Part shown: positions 32,445 to 42,778 of the stretch, one piece after another
How the letters are laid out: each line of letters begins with the position of its first letter
Numbering within the stretch: the first letter of the stretch is position 1
Assembly (NCBI GenBank): GCA_965220725.1
Contig: OZ244840.1
Location: 1,869,399 to 1,933,398, forward strand
From: Arenicellales bacterium
GTDB taxonomy: Bacteria; Pseudomonadota; Gammaproteobacteria; Arenicellales; JAJDZL01
Direction: 5' to 3'
DNA: 64,000 nucleotides
Program-made: the position numbers and the translations under genes
Notes under the pieces: model-generated
What the model saw: the letters and a program-made list of their open reading frames with translations, nothing else
What the model was told of the DNA's origin: nothing
The model's database searches: none

Positions 32445-33769
32445 TGGCACCTGAAATTCTTGGATTGATACTGATTGCGGTCATGTTGGTCGCAATCTTT
32501 GTAGGATTCCCCATTTCATTCACCCTGATTTTTCTGGGTTTTGTATTCGGTTACCTTGGATTTGGTCAGACGGTCTTTTACCTGATGACCTTCCAGTTCT
32601 ATTCGGTCATGATGGAGCAGACGCTTGCGGCTGTACCCCTGTTTGTATTCATGGGGATTATGATGGAACAGGCCGGACTGATGGAGCGGCTGTTCTCGTC
32701 GGTACAGCTGATGCTGTCGCGCGTACGCGGCGCGTTGTTTGTGGCTGTGTTGTTTGTGTCCACGATTTTCGCTGCCGCAACCGGTATTGTCGGTGCCTCA
32801 GTCACCATTTTGGGCATCATGGCGGCGAAGACCATGAACCGCTCGAACTACGATGTCCGGCTGGCATCGGGAACGATTACCGCTGGTGGAACGCTGGGTA
32901 TCCTGATTCCGCCGAGCATCATGCTGGTGGTCATGGGACCGGTGATGGAGATTCCGGTTACGGATCTTTTTGCTGCGGCAGTGGTCCCTGGCATCATGCT
33001 GGCTTTGATCTACACCGGTTATTCACTGATTCGCTGCTGGATCAATCCCGCTTTGGGTCCGGTTCTACCGGAATCAGAGCGACCCAAGAGCATGGCGCAT
33101 GTCTGGCGCGAGTTCCTTTTAGGTCTGGTGCCTCCTTCAGCGCTGGTGTTCGCTGCGCTGGGAAGCATCATGTTTGGTCTTGCCACACCGACGGAAGGTG
33201 CGGCCTGTGGTGCGTTTGGTGCATTGCTGCTGACACTTGCCTATCGACGTCTCACCTGGTCGAAACTTTTCAATGCGCTGATCAAGACACTTGAGATCAC
33301 CGCACTGATCATGTTGCTCGTTGCAGCCTCAAACTTCTTCGGGGCTGTCTTTTCGAGACTCGGAACACCCACCATGCTGACCGGGTTCCTGCTGGATCTC
33401 GAAGTCAATCGCTATGTGATTCTGTTGATCATCATGGCGCTGATTTTCCTGCTGGGCTGGCCGTTGGAGTGGGTGCCGATCGTGTTGATCATTGTGCCGA
33501 TTCTGATCCCGCTGGTCATTCAACTGGATTTCAATCTGACCTGGTTTGCGATCCTGGTGGCGGTGAACCTGCAGACCGCGTGGTTATCACCACCGGTGGC
33601 TTTATCCGCGTACTTTTTAAAGGGCGTTGTACCCCAATGGGACCTCAAGGATATCTATTTCGGCATGATGCAGTTCATGGGGCTGCAACTGATCGGACTG
33701 ACGCTGATCATTGTCTTCCCACAACTTGTACTTTGGCTGCCGCAACTCATTTACGGCGGCGGCAACTAG
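32444..33769 (+). CDS. TRAP large permease
   Basis: FAAATGIVGASV, GTLGILIPPSIML, NLQTAWLSPP. Confidence 0.93.
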   Translation: MAPEILGLILIAVMLVAIFVGFPISFTLIFLGFVFGYLGFGQTVFYLMTFQFYSVMMEQTLAAVPLFVFMGIMMEQAGLMERLFSSVQLMLSRVRGALFVAVLFVSTIFAAATGIVGASVTILGIMAAKTMNRSNYDVRLASGTITAGGTLGILIPPSIMLVVMGPVMEIPVTDLFAAAVVPGIMLALIYTGYSLIRCWINPALGPVLPESERPKSMAHVWREFLLGLVPPSALVFAALGSIMFGLATPTEGAACGAFGALLLTLAYRRLTWSKLFNALIKTLEITALIMLLVAASNFFGAVFSRLGTPTMLTGFLLDLEVNRYVILLIIMALIFLLGWPLEWVPIVLIIVPILIPLVIQLDFNLTWFAILVAVNLQTAWLSPPVALSAYFLKGVVPQWDLKDIYFGMMQFMGLQLIGLTLIIVFPQLVLWLPQLIYGGGN

Positions 33770-33817
33770 GTTCGGCCGCCAAGTGCGGCGGCACTCCCAA
33801 ATCAGTGCTGGATACAG

Positions 33818-34093
33818 TCAGTCGGAGGCTGTTGCAAGTTCCTTGAGGCGTGCATTCATCCGGCTTTTCAGACGTGCAGCCTTGTTCTTGTGCTGAAGAC
33901 CCTTGCGGGCGCTGCTGTCAATTTTCGAACAGGCGAGTTTGAATGCTTCCACGGCAGCTTCGGTATCGTTTGATTCGAGTGACTTGTAAAATTTCTTGAT
34001 GTAAGTGCGGACTGCTGCACGCTCACTCACGTTGCGTGCACGTCGCTTTACATTCTGTCTGGCTCGCTTGCGAGCCTGCGGAGAATTAGCCAA
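33818..34093 (-). CDS. rpsT: 30S ribosomal protein S20
   Basis: ANSPQARKRARQ...HKNKAARLKSR; TTG start. Confidence 0.97.
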   Translation of the reverse strand: MANSPQARKRARQNVKRRARNVSERAAVRTYIKKFYKSLESNDTEAAVEAFKLACSKIDSSARKGLQHKNKAARLKSRMNARLKELATASD

Positions 34094-34297
34094 AGTAGTT
34101 CAATCCTTTTGTTGAAGTCGAAATGGTAAAGCGCAAAATATGCTATTTTTTGCTTCACTTGTCAATAGCAACAGGCGAATTATCCTGCCGCCAATGCATT
34201 TATCATCAGATTTCGGTGATTATACGGTGTCGGCGCGAATGGATTGACAGGGATTTTTGATTTGGATACCTTGAGATAAGTTAATGGACACGGTCAA

Positions 34298-34933
34298 ATG
34301 AGCGTGACAGAGTTCGTCAATGAGCTTCAGGTTTTGAGTTTTTGCAATGTATTCAATCCCTACCGGGATTGCTGCGCACGATACGACCGCCGCGACGCGC
34401 CAAAGATTCGATCCCACTTATTGCGCAATATGCTTGAACGGGCTGTGGAAACCGAACTGGATTCACTGTGGGTGGGACGAGATTTGGGTCATCGCGGCGG
34501 GCGGCGTACCGGTTTGGCGTTCACGGACGATGCGAATCTTCAAACTCACGGCGAGCGCTGGAGGATTTCAGTCAACACACCCACAATCGGTCGGCAGATT
34601 CGCGAAAACACCGCATCAGTGGTGTGGAGGGTTCTCAACCAGACTGACAGGACAATATTCTTGTGGAATGTATTTCCATTGCATCCCCATCTGGCCGGTC
34701 AGCCATTGACCAATCGTGCGCATGATGCACGGGAGCGCGAGACAGGCATGGGGCTTTTGATGGAGCTGATCGAACTGCTCAAACCCGGGCGTTTGGTTCC
34801 GATTGGCGCCGACGCGGCAAAAGTACTGCGCGCGGTCGGCGGTGAACACGAAGTATTTCCAGTTCGACATCCAAGTCACGGCGGACAGAAACAGTTTGTT
34901 GCGGGGATGACACGCCTGTATGATTTAACCTGA
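34298..34933 (+). CDS. uracil-DNA glycosylase superfamily protein
   Basis: VFNPY, GRDLGHRGGRRTGLAFTD, WNVFPLHPH, VRHPSHGG. Confidence 0.8.
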   Translation: MSVTEFVNELQVLSFCNVFNPYRDCCARYDRRDAPKIRSHLLRNMLERAVETELDSLWVGRDLGHRGGRRTGLAFTDDANLQTHGERWRISVNTPTIGRQIRENTASVVWRVLNQTDRTIFLWNVFPLHPHLAGQPLTNRAHDARERETGMGLLMELIELLKPGRLVPIGADAAKVLRAVGGEHEVFPVRHPSHGGQKQFVAGMTRLYDLT

Positions 34934-35018
34934 GTCCGTGTGGTGTCGCGTACGGACTGATCGATCATCGAGAACCAGAGTCAGTGAACACTGAAACGAA
35001 CAACCTGCAGTCATCGTC

Positions 35019-36611
35019 ATGAATCCCGACGACGCCGACAAAGAGCTGACAGAACCCAAAGGCACGGTCAAGCTGCTCAAGTCGACCGCGGCGTTCGGCT
35101 CGATGACCGTGCTCTCGAGATTCACCGGCCTGATTCGGGATATTGTTTTCGCACAGCTGGTCGGCAGCACATTTGTAGCCGATGCTTTCTTTGTGGCGTT
35201 CCGGATTCCGAACTTCTTCAGGAGAATCTTTGGGGAAGGTGCGTTTTCAGCGGCGTTCGTTCCCGTCTACACCCAGCAACGAGTTGGTTCCCAGCCATCT
35301 GAAGTGCAGGGGTTTCTGGACCTGGTGACGGGCAGACTGACCCTGGCATTGGTCATTCTGTCGGCTGTTGGTGTGATATTCGCTCCCTTGGTGATTTCAG
35401 TCCTTGCCCCCGGATTCCGTGCGGAAGCCGATAAGTTCCAACTCACCGTGGACTGCCTGAGAATCACATTTCCCTATGTGCTGTTTGTCTGCCTGGTAGC
35501 CCTCAGTGCCGGAATCCTCAATACCCATGGACGGTTTGCCGCACCTGCCGCAACGCCGATCCTGCTGAACATCTCGTTGATCGCGTCTGCGTTGTGGCTG
35601 ACCGGTGTCACCGGCAACGCGGCCATTGCATTGTCCATCGGAGTACTGGGTGCTGGCGTCGTTCAATTGCTGTTCCAGCTTCCGTTTCTGGTCAGAAACC
35701 GGACGGTTCCCAGACCGCGGCTGACGCGCAAAGACCAGGGTGAGGCGGAAAAAGGGGCAAAGGAGGTCTATCGACTCATGCTGCCGGCGATTTTCGGGGC
35801 ATCGGTTGCCCAGGTCAACCTGATCGTCAATACATTCATTGCGTCTTTTCTGGTCACCGGAAGTGTCTCGTGGCTGTATTACTCGGACCGCTTGATGGAA
35901 TTCCCCCTTGGCGTTTTCGGTGTTGCGCTGGGCTCGGTGATTCTGCCGAGGCTGTCCGAAGAGCATGTCCAGACGGCGCAAGGGGAGTTTTCACGGTTGC
36001 TGGACTGGGGGATGCGGTGGTGTCTGCTGATCGCAATTCCATCCACGGTGGGTTTAAGTGTCCTGTCAGACGAGATCGTCGGTGCATTGTTCTATCACGG
36101 CGCCTTTACCGAGCATGATGTGGTTATGTCGGCAAGGGCATTGGTTGCGTTCAGCATCGGCCTTGCCGCGTTGATTGCGGTGCGTGTGCTCTCGCCTGGT
36201 TTCTTTGCGCGCAACGATACGAAGACACCGGTTCGTGCCGGCGCAATCGCGATGGTGGTGAATGGAATCCTTGCCGTGGTGTTCGCGCTCAACTGGCAGC
36301 ATGTTGGCCTGGCTGCGGCGATTTCGGTTGCTGCCTACGTCAATGCCGGCCTGCTGTTCTACTGGCTGGTTCGAGACCGCGTCTACGCCCCCGGAAAGGG
36401 TTGGCTGTGGTTTATCTGCCAAGTGTCAACAGCGTCCCTTATAATGGGTTTGGCCTTGTGGTGGCTTACACCGGGCCTTGACATTTGGCTTGAATACAGT
36501 GTTGCCGGGAGGGTATTTCGATTGCTCGGTATTGTTGTTGCCGGAGCAATCGTGTATGTTGCCTCAGGCATGGCAGTTGGATTGAGAATCCATCAATTGA
36601 TGAAACGATGA
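35019..36611 (+). CDS. murJ: lipid II flippase MurJ
   Basis: SRFTGLIRD, AFRIPNFFRRIFGEGAFS, YSDRLMEFP. Confidence 0.96.
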   Translation: MNPDDADKELTEPKGTVKLLKSTAAFGSMTVLSRFTGLIRDIVFAQLVGSTFVADAFFVAFRIPNFFRRIFGEGAFSAAFVPVYTQQRVGSQPSEVQGFLDLVTGRLTLALVILSAVGVIFAPLVISVLAPGFRAEADKFQLTVDCLRITFPYVLFVCLVALSAGILNTHGRFAAPAATPILLNISLIASALWLTGVTGNAAIALSIGVLGAGVVQLLFQLPFLVRNRTVPRPRLTRKDQGEAEKGAKEVYRLMLPAIFGASVAQVNLIVNTFIASFLVTGSVSWLYYSDRLMEFPLGVFGVALGSVILPRLSEEHVQTAQGEFSRLLDWGMRWCLLIAIPSTVGLSVLSDEIVGALFYHGAFTEHDVVMSARALVAFSIGLAALIAVRVLSPGFFARNDTKTPVRAGAIAMVVNGILAVVFALNWQHVGLAAAISVAAYVNAGLLFYWLVRDRVYAPGKGWLWFICQVSTASLIMGLALWWLTPGLDIWLEYSVAGRVFRLLGIVVAGAIVYVASGMAVGLRIHQLMKR

Positions 36612-37021
36612 GTTTGGCGGAATCAAGACTTGTTCAAATCGGCTCTCCCGATTCGCCGAGATATTTCACTTTGGAAGAGGCAAATGAGGCGTTGCCCCTG
36701 GTCAAGCAGATTACCCGGGATTCCTACGATGAACTCAAAGTCATCAAGAAACGATTGCGCAATTTCGTGCCGAGCGACCCGAGGGTGGTGTTTGTCGAAC
36801 AGGAATACGAGCAGACCGTCAAGCGATGGATTTCCAAGATGGAGCGTCTGGGACTTGTGGTCAAGGGTTTGTGGCTGGTTGATTTCGATACCGGTGACGG
36901 ATATCTATGCTGGAAGTATCCCGAGTTGGAGGTTTCGCACTATCACAGTTATACGGGCGGATTTGCTGCGCGCCGGCCGGTTTCCGAGATCATTGAGGAA
37001 GTTCGTCCAGACTGGGCATGA
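36608..37021 (+). CDS. DUF2203-like protein
   Basis: FTLEEANEALP...GLVVKGLWLVDF...YLCWKYPE...GFAARRP. Confidence 0.75.
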   Translation: MSLAESRLVQIGSPDSPRYFTLEEANEALPLVKQITRDSYDELKVIKKRLRNFVPSDPRVVFVEQEYEQTVKRWISKMERLGLVVKGLWLVDFDTGDGYLCWKYPELEVSHYHSYTGGFAARRPVSEIIEEVRPDWA

Positions 37022-37068
37022 CGGGATTGGTTTATCCATCCCGGCAACCGAATTCCGGGCATGAGTGA

Positions 37069-38016
37069 ATGGAATTTATCCGCGGTCTGCACAATATCAA
37101 GCCTCGGCATCATGGGTGCGTCGCGTCGGTCGGCAATTACGACGGACTGCATCCCGGCCACATGCAGGTGATTCAGTCCCTGGCAAGCAAAGGTCAGGAG
37201 TTGAGCCTGCCGGTGACAATCGTCAGTTTTGAGCCTCATCCGTTGGAGTTTTTCGTACCCGATGCCGCACCGGCCCGTTTGATGACTGTACGCGAGAAAT
37301 TGGAAGGGCTGAGTCGGCTTGAGGTGGACCGCTTTTGTTGTCTTCGATTCAACCACCAGCTCGCCAATACCGAGCCGGAAGCATTCATTCAGGAATTGCT
37401 GGTTGAAAGACTCGGTGTGCGGTACATTGTTGTCGGCGATGACTTTCGATTTGGACGAAACAGGCGCGGTGATTTTGAGATGCTCCGCAGTATCGGCAAG
37501 AGACACGGGATGGAAGTCATACGGACTGAATCATTCATGGTGGGCAGCGAGCGCGTGAGTTCGACCCGGATTCGCGAGTGCCTGGCTTCCGGCAATCTGA
37601 TTCATGCGGCCAAGTTGCTGGGTCGGGATTACTCGATGTCCGGCAAGATTGTGCGCGGAGATGGAAATGGCCGCAAGTGGGGATTTGCCACAGCCAATCT
37701 GCGGCTGCGCAATCAAAAACCTGCGCTGACGGGAATTTTTGTTGTGAAAGCACAATTGAACGGCGGTGCGCTGCTGCCGGCAGTGGCCAGTCTCGGTACG
37801 CGTCCGACTGTCGACGGCACCCGGTTTGTGCTTGAGGTACATCTGCTGGATTTTGATGAGGACATTTATGGTCAGCGCATGCAGGTGAACTTCTTGCAGA
37901 AACTGCGCGATGAGGTGAGATTCACCTCGATTGAGACGATGTGTGAGCAGATTCAGTGTGACATACTCAGGACCCGTGAATTTTTTGGGCAGGAACATTC
38001 CCGCCGCGTCTCCTGA
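37069..38016 (+). CDS. ribF: bifunctional riboflavin kinase/FAD synthetase
   Basis: GNYDGLHPGH, VGDDFRFG, VSSTRIR, TAN, LEVHLLDF. Confidence 0.96.
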   Translation: MEFIRGLHNIKPRHHGCVASVGNYDGLHPGHMQVIQSLASKGQELSLPVTIVSFEPHPLEFFVPDAAPARLMTVREKLEGLSRLEVDRFCCLRFNHQLANTEPEAFIQELLVERLGVRYIVVGDDFRFGRNRRGDFEMLRSIGKRHGMEVIRTESFMVGSERVSSTRIRECLASGNLIHAAKLLGRDYSMSGKIVRGDGNGRKWGFATANLRLRNQKPALTGIFVVKAQLNGGALLPAVASLGTRPTVDGTRFVLEVHLLDFDEDIYGQRMQVNFLQKLRDEVRFTSIETMCEQIQCDILRTREFFGQEHSRRVS

Positions 38017-38167
38017 TAGATGCTGTGACGGCAATCCCCATGCGAATTGAATACAATAGGTTGCACTTCGCCGGCTGATCCATGAATTGAATTCTTACGC
38101 CCGATTGCAGGTATCTTGCTTTTCCTGGATTCGGCTTTTTTTTCCGTAATTTGACAGACCATTCAAG

Positions 38168-40999
38168 ATGAATTACAAAGATACGATCAATCTCCCCAAG
38201 ACTGACTTTCCAATGCGTGCGAATCTGGCCAAGAGGGAGCCCGACATACTGGCATTCTGGGAACAGATTGACCTGTACGCCTGTCTTCGGGAAGCAGGCC
38301 GGGGACGTGAGAAGTGGGTGCTGCATGATGGCCCTCCCTACGCCAACGGTGCACTGCACATCGGCCATGCAGTCAACAAGATACTCAAGGACGTGATCGT
38401 CAAATCCAAAACCATGGCGGGTTTTGATTCGCCCTATGTGCCCGGCTGGGACTGTCATGGGTTGCCAATCGAGCATGAGGTCGAAAAGAAAATCGGACGG
38501 GATCTTTATCGCAACGATCCGTCAGCCTTCCGCAAGGCCTGCCGTCAATTTGCCACGGAACAGATTGATATTCAGCGCAACGGATTCATTCGCATGGGCG
38601 TGATCGGTGATTGGTTCAATCCGTACCTGACCATGAATTTCCACACCGAGGCGAACGGCATCCGGGCACTGGGCCGAATATTCGAAAACGGCCATGTCAT
38701 GCATGATTTGATGACGGTGTACTGGTGTTCGGACTGCGCATCCGCACTGGCTGAGGCCGAGGTGGAGTATCTGGACAAGAAGTCCACCACGGTGGATGTT
38801 CGAATGGCCGCACGGGATTTGGATGGGATCGCCCGTGCATTCGGGCTGTCGCCCGACGCTGTGGGTGAGTCTGTCAGTGCCGTGATTTGGACCACCACAC
38901 CATGGACCCTGCCGGCAAACCGAGCCATTGCTGTGCATCCTGATTTTCAATACAGCCTGGTGGAGTGCGCCGTTGACGGAAAGACCACTGAATTCCTGAT
39001 TCTTGCCGAGGAATTGGTTGAGTCATGCATGTCGAGGTATGGCGTTGACGAACACCGGGTTGCTGCGACAGTGGTTGGAAGCAGTCTGATTGGACTGGGC
39101 TTTGGTCATCCGGTCGAATGTGAGGACAGGGTGGTGCCGGTGATTGCAAGTGAGCATGTGACATTGGATGCCGGTACCGGATTAGTCCACACCGCGCCGG
39201 GACACGGACAGGAGGATTTCGATCTTGGCAAGCGAAATGACCTGGAAATCTACAATCCAGTCGGACCGGAAGGTCGATTCCTGCAGCAGGTCCCACATGT
39301 CGGCGGATTGCGTGTTGACGAGGGTGGCCAGGTGTTGACTGAACTGCTTCGCACAACGGGTGCATTGGTGTGCAGTGACGAGATCGAGCACAGTTACGCC
39401 CACTGTTGGCGACACAAGACGCCGATCATTTTCCGGGCGACACCGCAGTGGTTCGTCAGCATGGTACGCGCCGACTTGCGTGACACCGCTTTGGAGGCGA
39501 TTCGCAAGGTTCAATGGGTACCCGAATGGGGTGAGGCGAGAATCGATGGAATGGTGCGGAACAGGCCGGATTGGTGTCTTTCGCGTCAGCGGGTCTGGGG
39601 AACGCCGTTGACGCTGTATGTGCACAAGGAAACCGGGGAATTGCATCCCGACTCGTTGGAGATTTTTGAGCGGGTGGCGAAGGAAGTCGAAAAGGCTGGA
39701 ATCGATGCGTGGTTTGATCTGGATGATTCGGTTTTCATCGGTGATGCCAGTTCGGAATATGACAAGGTTACCGATGTCCTGGATGTCTGGTTTGATTCCG
39801 GGGCGACCCACTACAGTGTGTTGAATCATCGTGATGAACTGACCAATCCTGCCGGAATGTACCTGGAAGGGTCGGACCAGCACCGTGGCTGGTTTCAGTC
39901 CAGCTTGCTGGTCAGTGCCGCCATTACCGGACAGGCACCTTACCAGTCGGTACTGACACACGGGTTTACGGTTGATGGTGAAGGGCGCAAGATGTCAAAG
40001 TCTGTTGGCAATATCATCAGCCCGCAGGAAATCATTGGCGAGTTGGGGGCCGACGTGCTTCGGCTTTGGGTGGCATCCACTGAATATGAGGCCGAAATGG
40101 GGATTTCCCAGGAGATTCTGACCCGCACAACCGATTCGTATCGTCGTATCCGCAACACGGCCAGATTCCTGGTCGGCAACCTGAATGGATTTGATGTGGC
40201 AGACTGCGTGGCATGGGATGACATGCTTGAGTTGGACCGTTGGGCGGTACGAACGGCGATGCGGCTGAATGATGAGATCGTGCAAGCCTACGACAACTAT
40301 CGATTTCACCTGATCTGTCAGAAGATTCATCGTTTCTGCATCGTTGACATGGGCGGGTTTTACCTGGATGTCCTGAAAGACCGCCTCTATACAATGCCGA
40401 GACAGAGCACGGCCAGACGTTCTGCACAGACCGCAATGTACCACATTCTGGAGGCGTTCGTTCGATGGCTGGCACCGATCTTGAGTTTTACCGCCGAGGA
40501 GATTTGGCGGTATGTTCCCGGCGAACGGGAACAGTCGGTCATGCTTGCACACTGGTACGAAAAGTGGCCACCGGAGGCGAGGCTTGATGGTGCGGCGGAT
40601 ATGGAGTTCTGGTCAAAGGTGATTGATGTTCGCGAAGCAGTCAATCAGCAACTGGAAAAAAGCCGCAACGACGGCAGGATCGGATCGCCCTTGGCCGCTG
40701 AGGTATCGCTGTATTGCTCGGACGAATTGCGAAGCCTGCTTGACCAGATCGGCAGTGAGCTCAAGTTTGTCACCATCACGTCCAACGCTTCGGTCGAGTC
40801 GATTGAGTCAATGGAGAACTCTGCAGAGCAATCCGAGATCGAGGGCTTGTACATCCACGTCGCCAAGTCCGAGAACACCAAATGCGTGCGCTGCTGGCAT
40901 CAGACTCCGGATGTGGGTGCAGATCCGGATCATCCGGAAATCTGTCTTCGATGTGTGTCCAACATCTCAGGCGATGGTGAACTGAGACGATACGCCTGA
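38168..40999 (+). CDS. ileS: isoleucine--tRNA ligase (type 1)
   Basis: HIGH, KMSKS, WTTTPWT, C-terminal CVRCW...CLRC zinc finger. Confidence 0.98.
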   Translation: MNYKDTINLPKTDFPMRANLAKREPDILAFWEQIDLYACLREAGRGREKWVLHDGPPYANGALHIGHAVNKILKDVIVKSKTMAGFDSPYVPGWDCHGLPIEHEVEKKIGRDLYRNDPSAFRKACRQFATEQIDIQRNGFIRMGVIGDWFNPYLTMNFHTEANGIRALGRIFENGHVMHDLMTVYWCSDCASALAEAEVEYLDKKSTTVDVRMAARDLDGIARAFGLSPDAVGESVSAVIWTTTPWTLPANRAIAVHPDFQYSLVECAVDGKTTEFLILAEELVESCMSRYGVDEHRVAATVVGSSLIGLGFGHPVECEDRVVPVIASEHVTLDAGTGLVHTAPGHGQEDFDLGKRNDLEIYNPVGPEGRFLQQVPHVGGLRVDEGGQVLTELLRTTGALVCSDEIEHSYAHCWRHKTPIIFRATPQWFVSMVRADLRDTALEAIRKVQWVPEWGEARIDGMVRNRPDWCLSRQRVWGTPLTLYVHKETGELHPDSLEIFERVAKEVEKAGIDAWFDLDDSVFIGDASSEYDKVTDVLDVWFDSGATHYSVLNHRDELTNPAGMYLEGSDQHRGWFQSSLLVSAAITGQAPYQSVLTHGFTVDGEGRKMSKSVGNIISPQEIIGELGADVLRLWVASTEYEAEMGISQEILTRTTDSYRRIRNTARFLVGNLNGFDVADCVAWDDMLELDRWAVRTAMRLNDEIVQAYDNYRFHLICQKIHRFCIVDMGGFYLDVLKDRLYTMPRQSTARRSAQTAMYHILEAFVRWLAPILSFTAEEIWRYVPGEREQSVMLAHWYEKWPPEARLDGAADMEFWSKVIDVREAVNQQLEKSRNDGRIGSPLAAEVSLYCSDELRSLLDQIGSELKFVTITSNASVESIESMENSAEQSEIEGLYIHVAKSENTKCVRCWHQTPDVGADPDHPEICLRCVSNISGDGELRRYA

Positions 41000-41046
41000 T
41001 TCCGAATGCGGGACTGATTCGGAGCACCCGGCTCAAAGCACAGCAC

Positions 41047-41559
41047 ATGTCTTATCTTCGACCCCAGCTGAGCAACCAAAAAGTTCTCAGGATACACAGC
41101 GGTATTGCTTTGGGAGTGATCATTGTCGATCAATTGACCAAGGCACTGATTCTTTTCAACCTGGAGCCATTTGAATCAGTCCGGGTAACGGGGTTTCTCA
41201 ACCTGTTTTTGGTGTTCAATGAAGGGGCGGCGTTTGGATTTCTGTCCGGTGCCGATTTCGACGTCAATCGGGTGTTTCTGTATGCCAATCTCGGCATACT
41301 GGCGCTGTTGGGATATGCGCTGTGGACGCTGCGACCTGGACGCACGCAGGCGGCTACCGGCATATGGTTGATTCTCGGTGGCGCAGTCGGCAATCTGATT
41401 GATCGGGTCTTGCACGGTCACGTGGTGGATTTCTTTGACTTTCACCTTGGTGCCTGGCACTACAGTACATTCAATGTTGCAGACAGTGCCATTACATTGG
41501 GTGCCGTACTCGTCGCAATGGAGATTTTTCGAATAAAAATCTTGTTTCGACGCGGTTGA
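41047..41559 (+). CDS. lspA: lipoprotein signal peptidase
   Basis: DQLTK, NEGAAFG, GNLIDR, VVDF, FNVAD. Confidence 0.95.
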   Translation: MSYLRPQLSNQKVLRIHSGIALGVIIVDQLTKALILFNLEPFESVRVTGFLNLFLVFNEGAAFGFLSGADFDVNRVFLYANLGILALLGYALWTLRPGRTQAATGIWLILGGAVGNLIDRVLHGHVVDFFDFHLGAWHYSTFNVADSAITLGAVLVAMEIFRIKILFRRG

Positions 41560-41641
41560 GTTACCCGAAAGCAGGCCAGTCGGATCTGATGCGTCGGATA
41601 TGTACTGACTGGATTCGGATGATTCGAAATACGCTCGGGAA

Positions 41642-42721
41642 TTACCGGACTGAACTCGCAGCGCCTTCTGTGTGAGCAGATTTCAACAGTTCTCCCAGTT
41701 CATCCTGATAGGCAAAGATGCCCGGAGTCCCGCCGGTGTGGAAGAATAAAAGTCGGGAATCCAGCGATGCTGATTGCGCACCTGCCAGGAATGCAGCCAT
41801 GACCTTTCCGGTGTAGGTGGGATCCAGTACCAGACCTTCATGGCGGGCACTGTCAATGATGCCTTTCCAGACTTGATCACTTGCCTTGCCGTAACCAGGC
41901 TCGAGGAATTCATCTGTGAGAATGACATCCTCATCGCTCAGATTGACCTCGTGCTTGAGTAACCTCCCAATCTCCTTGCAGCGGGATCGGATTCGCTCCA
42001 ACTGATCGGCTTTGTTTCGACGCACACAGACACCGACGAGTCTGCTCGTATGGCCGAATGCCCTGAGCCCGTAAAGCAACCCCGCATGGGTGTTTCCGCT
42101 GCCTGATGCCACATAAATCTCGTCAAACGACTGGTTCATCTGACTGCATTGCTCAAGCAGTTCCGCTGCGGCTCTGACATAGCCCAGCGCCCCGAGCGGG
42201 GTATGCCCGGGTGCAAGGGGGATGACATAGGGTGAACGGCCGCCGGCTTGCAGCCGGTCTGCGATCTCACGCAGACGTCGGTCAGCGCCGTGTTCGTTCT
42301 CACCTTCGGGAAAATAGTGAAGATGGGCACCAAACAGACGGTTCAACAGGACATTGCCGGAAGCATGATAGGATTCCGACGTTGTGTCCACCCTGGATTC
42401 GAGTTGGATGTGGCACTCCATTCCCAATCTTGCGGCAAATGCGGCTGTGATGCGGGCGAAGTTCGATTGCACCGCACCGGTAATCAGAACGGTATCGGCA
42501 CCCTTGGCGACTGCATCACCGAAATAATATTCGAGTTGCCTGACCTTGTTTCCACCAAAGGCCAGCAGGTTGCAGTCATCGCGTTTCACATACAGCTGTG
42601 TTCCCTGTGAGAGACGTGAAAGATTCGGCAGTGCATGAAGAGGTGTGACTTCGTCATACACAACCTCACGCGGAAATCTGATCAACCGGTCCAATTCCGA
42701 TGGATTCAGTGCACTGCTCAT
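41642..42721 (-). CDS. D-cysteine desulfhydrase/cysteate sulfo-lyase family PLP enzyme
   Basis: VKRDD, GGNKVR, GAVQSN, SGSGNT, LDPTYTGK, HTGG. Confidence 0.88.
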   Translation of the reverse strand: MSSALNPSELDRLIRFPREVVYDEVTPLHALPNLSRLSQGTQLYVKRDDCNLLAFGGNKVRQLEYYFGDAVAKGADTVLITGAVQSNFARITAAFAARLGMECHIQLESRVDTTSESYHASGNVLLNRLFGAHLHYFPEGENEHGADRRLREIADRLQAGGRSPYVIPLAPGHTPLGALGYVRAAAELLEQCSQMNQSFDEIYVASGSGNTHAGLLYGLRAFGHTSRLVGVCVRRNKADQLERIRSRCKEIGRLLKHEVNLSDEDVILTDEFLEPGYGKASDQVWKGIIDSARHEGLVLDPTYTGKVMAAFLAGAQSASLDSRLLFFHTGGTPGIFAYQDELGELLKSAHTEGAASSVR

Positions 42722-42778
42722 CTGGATTGGTTCAAATGCTGCTCCGGCAGGGATTCTTCCTTGAAATCTGCAGTCAGA

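Noticed and set aside
41642-42721. ACC deaminase
   Set aside because: Has DPTYTGK rather than the diagnostic DPVYEGK
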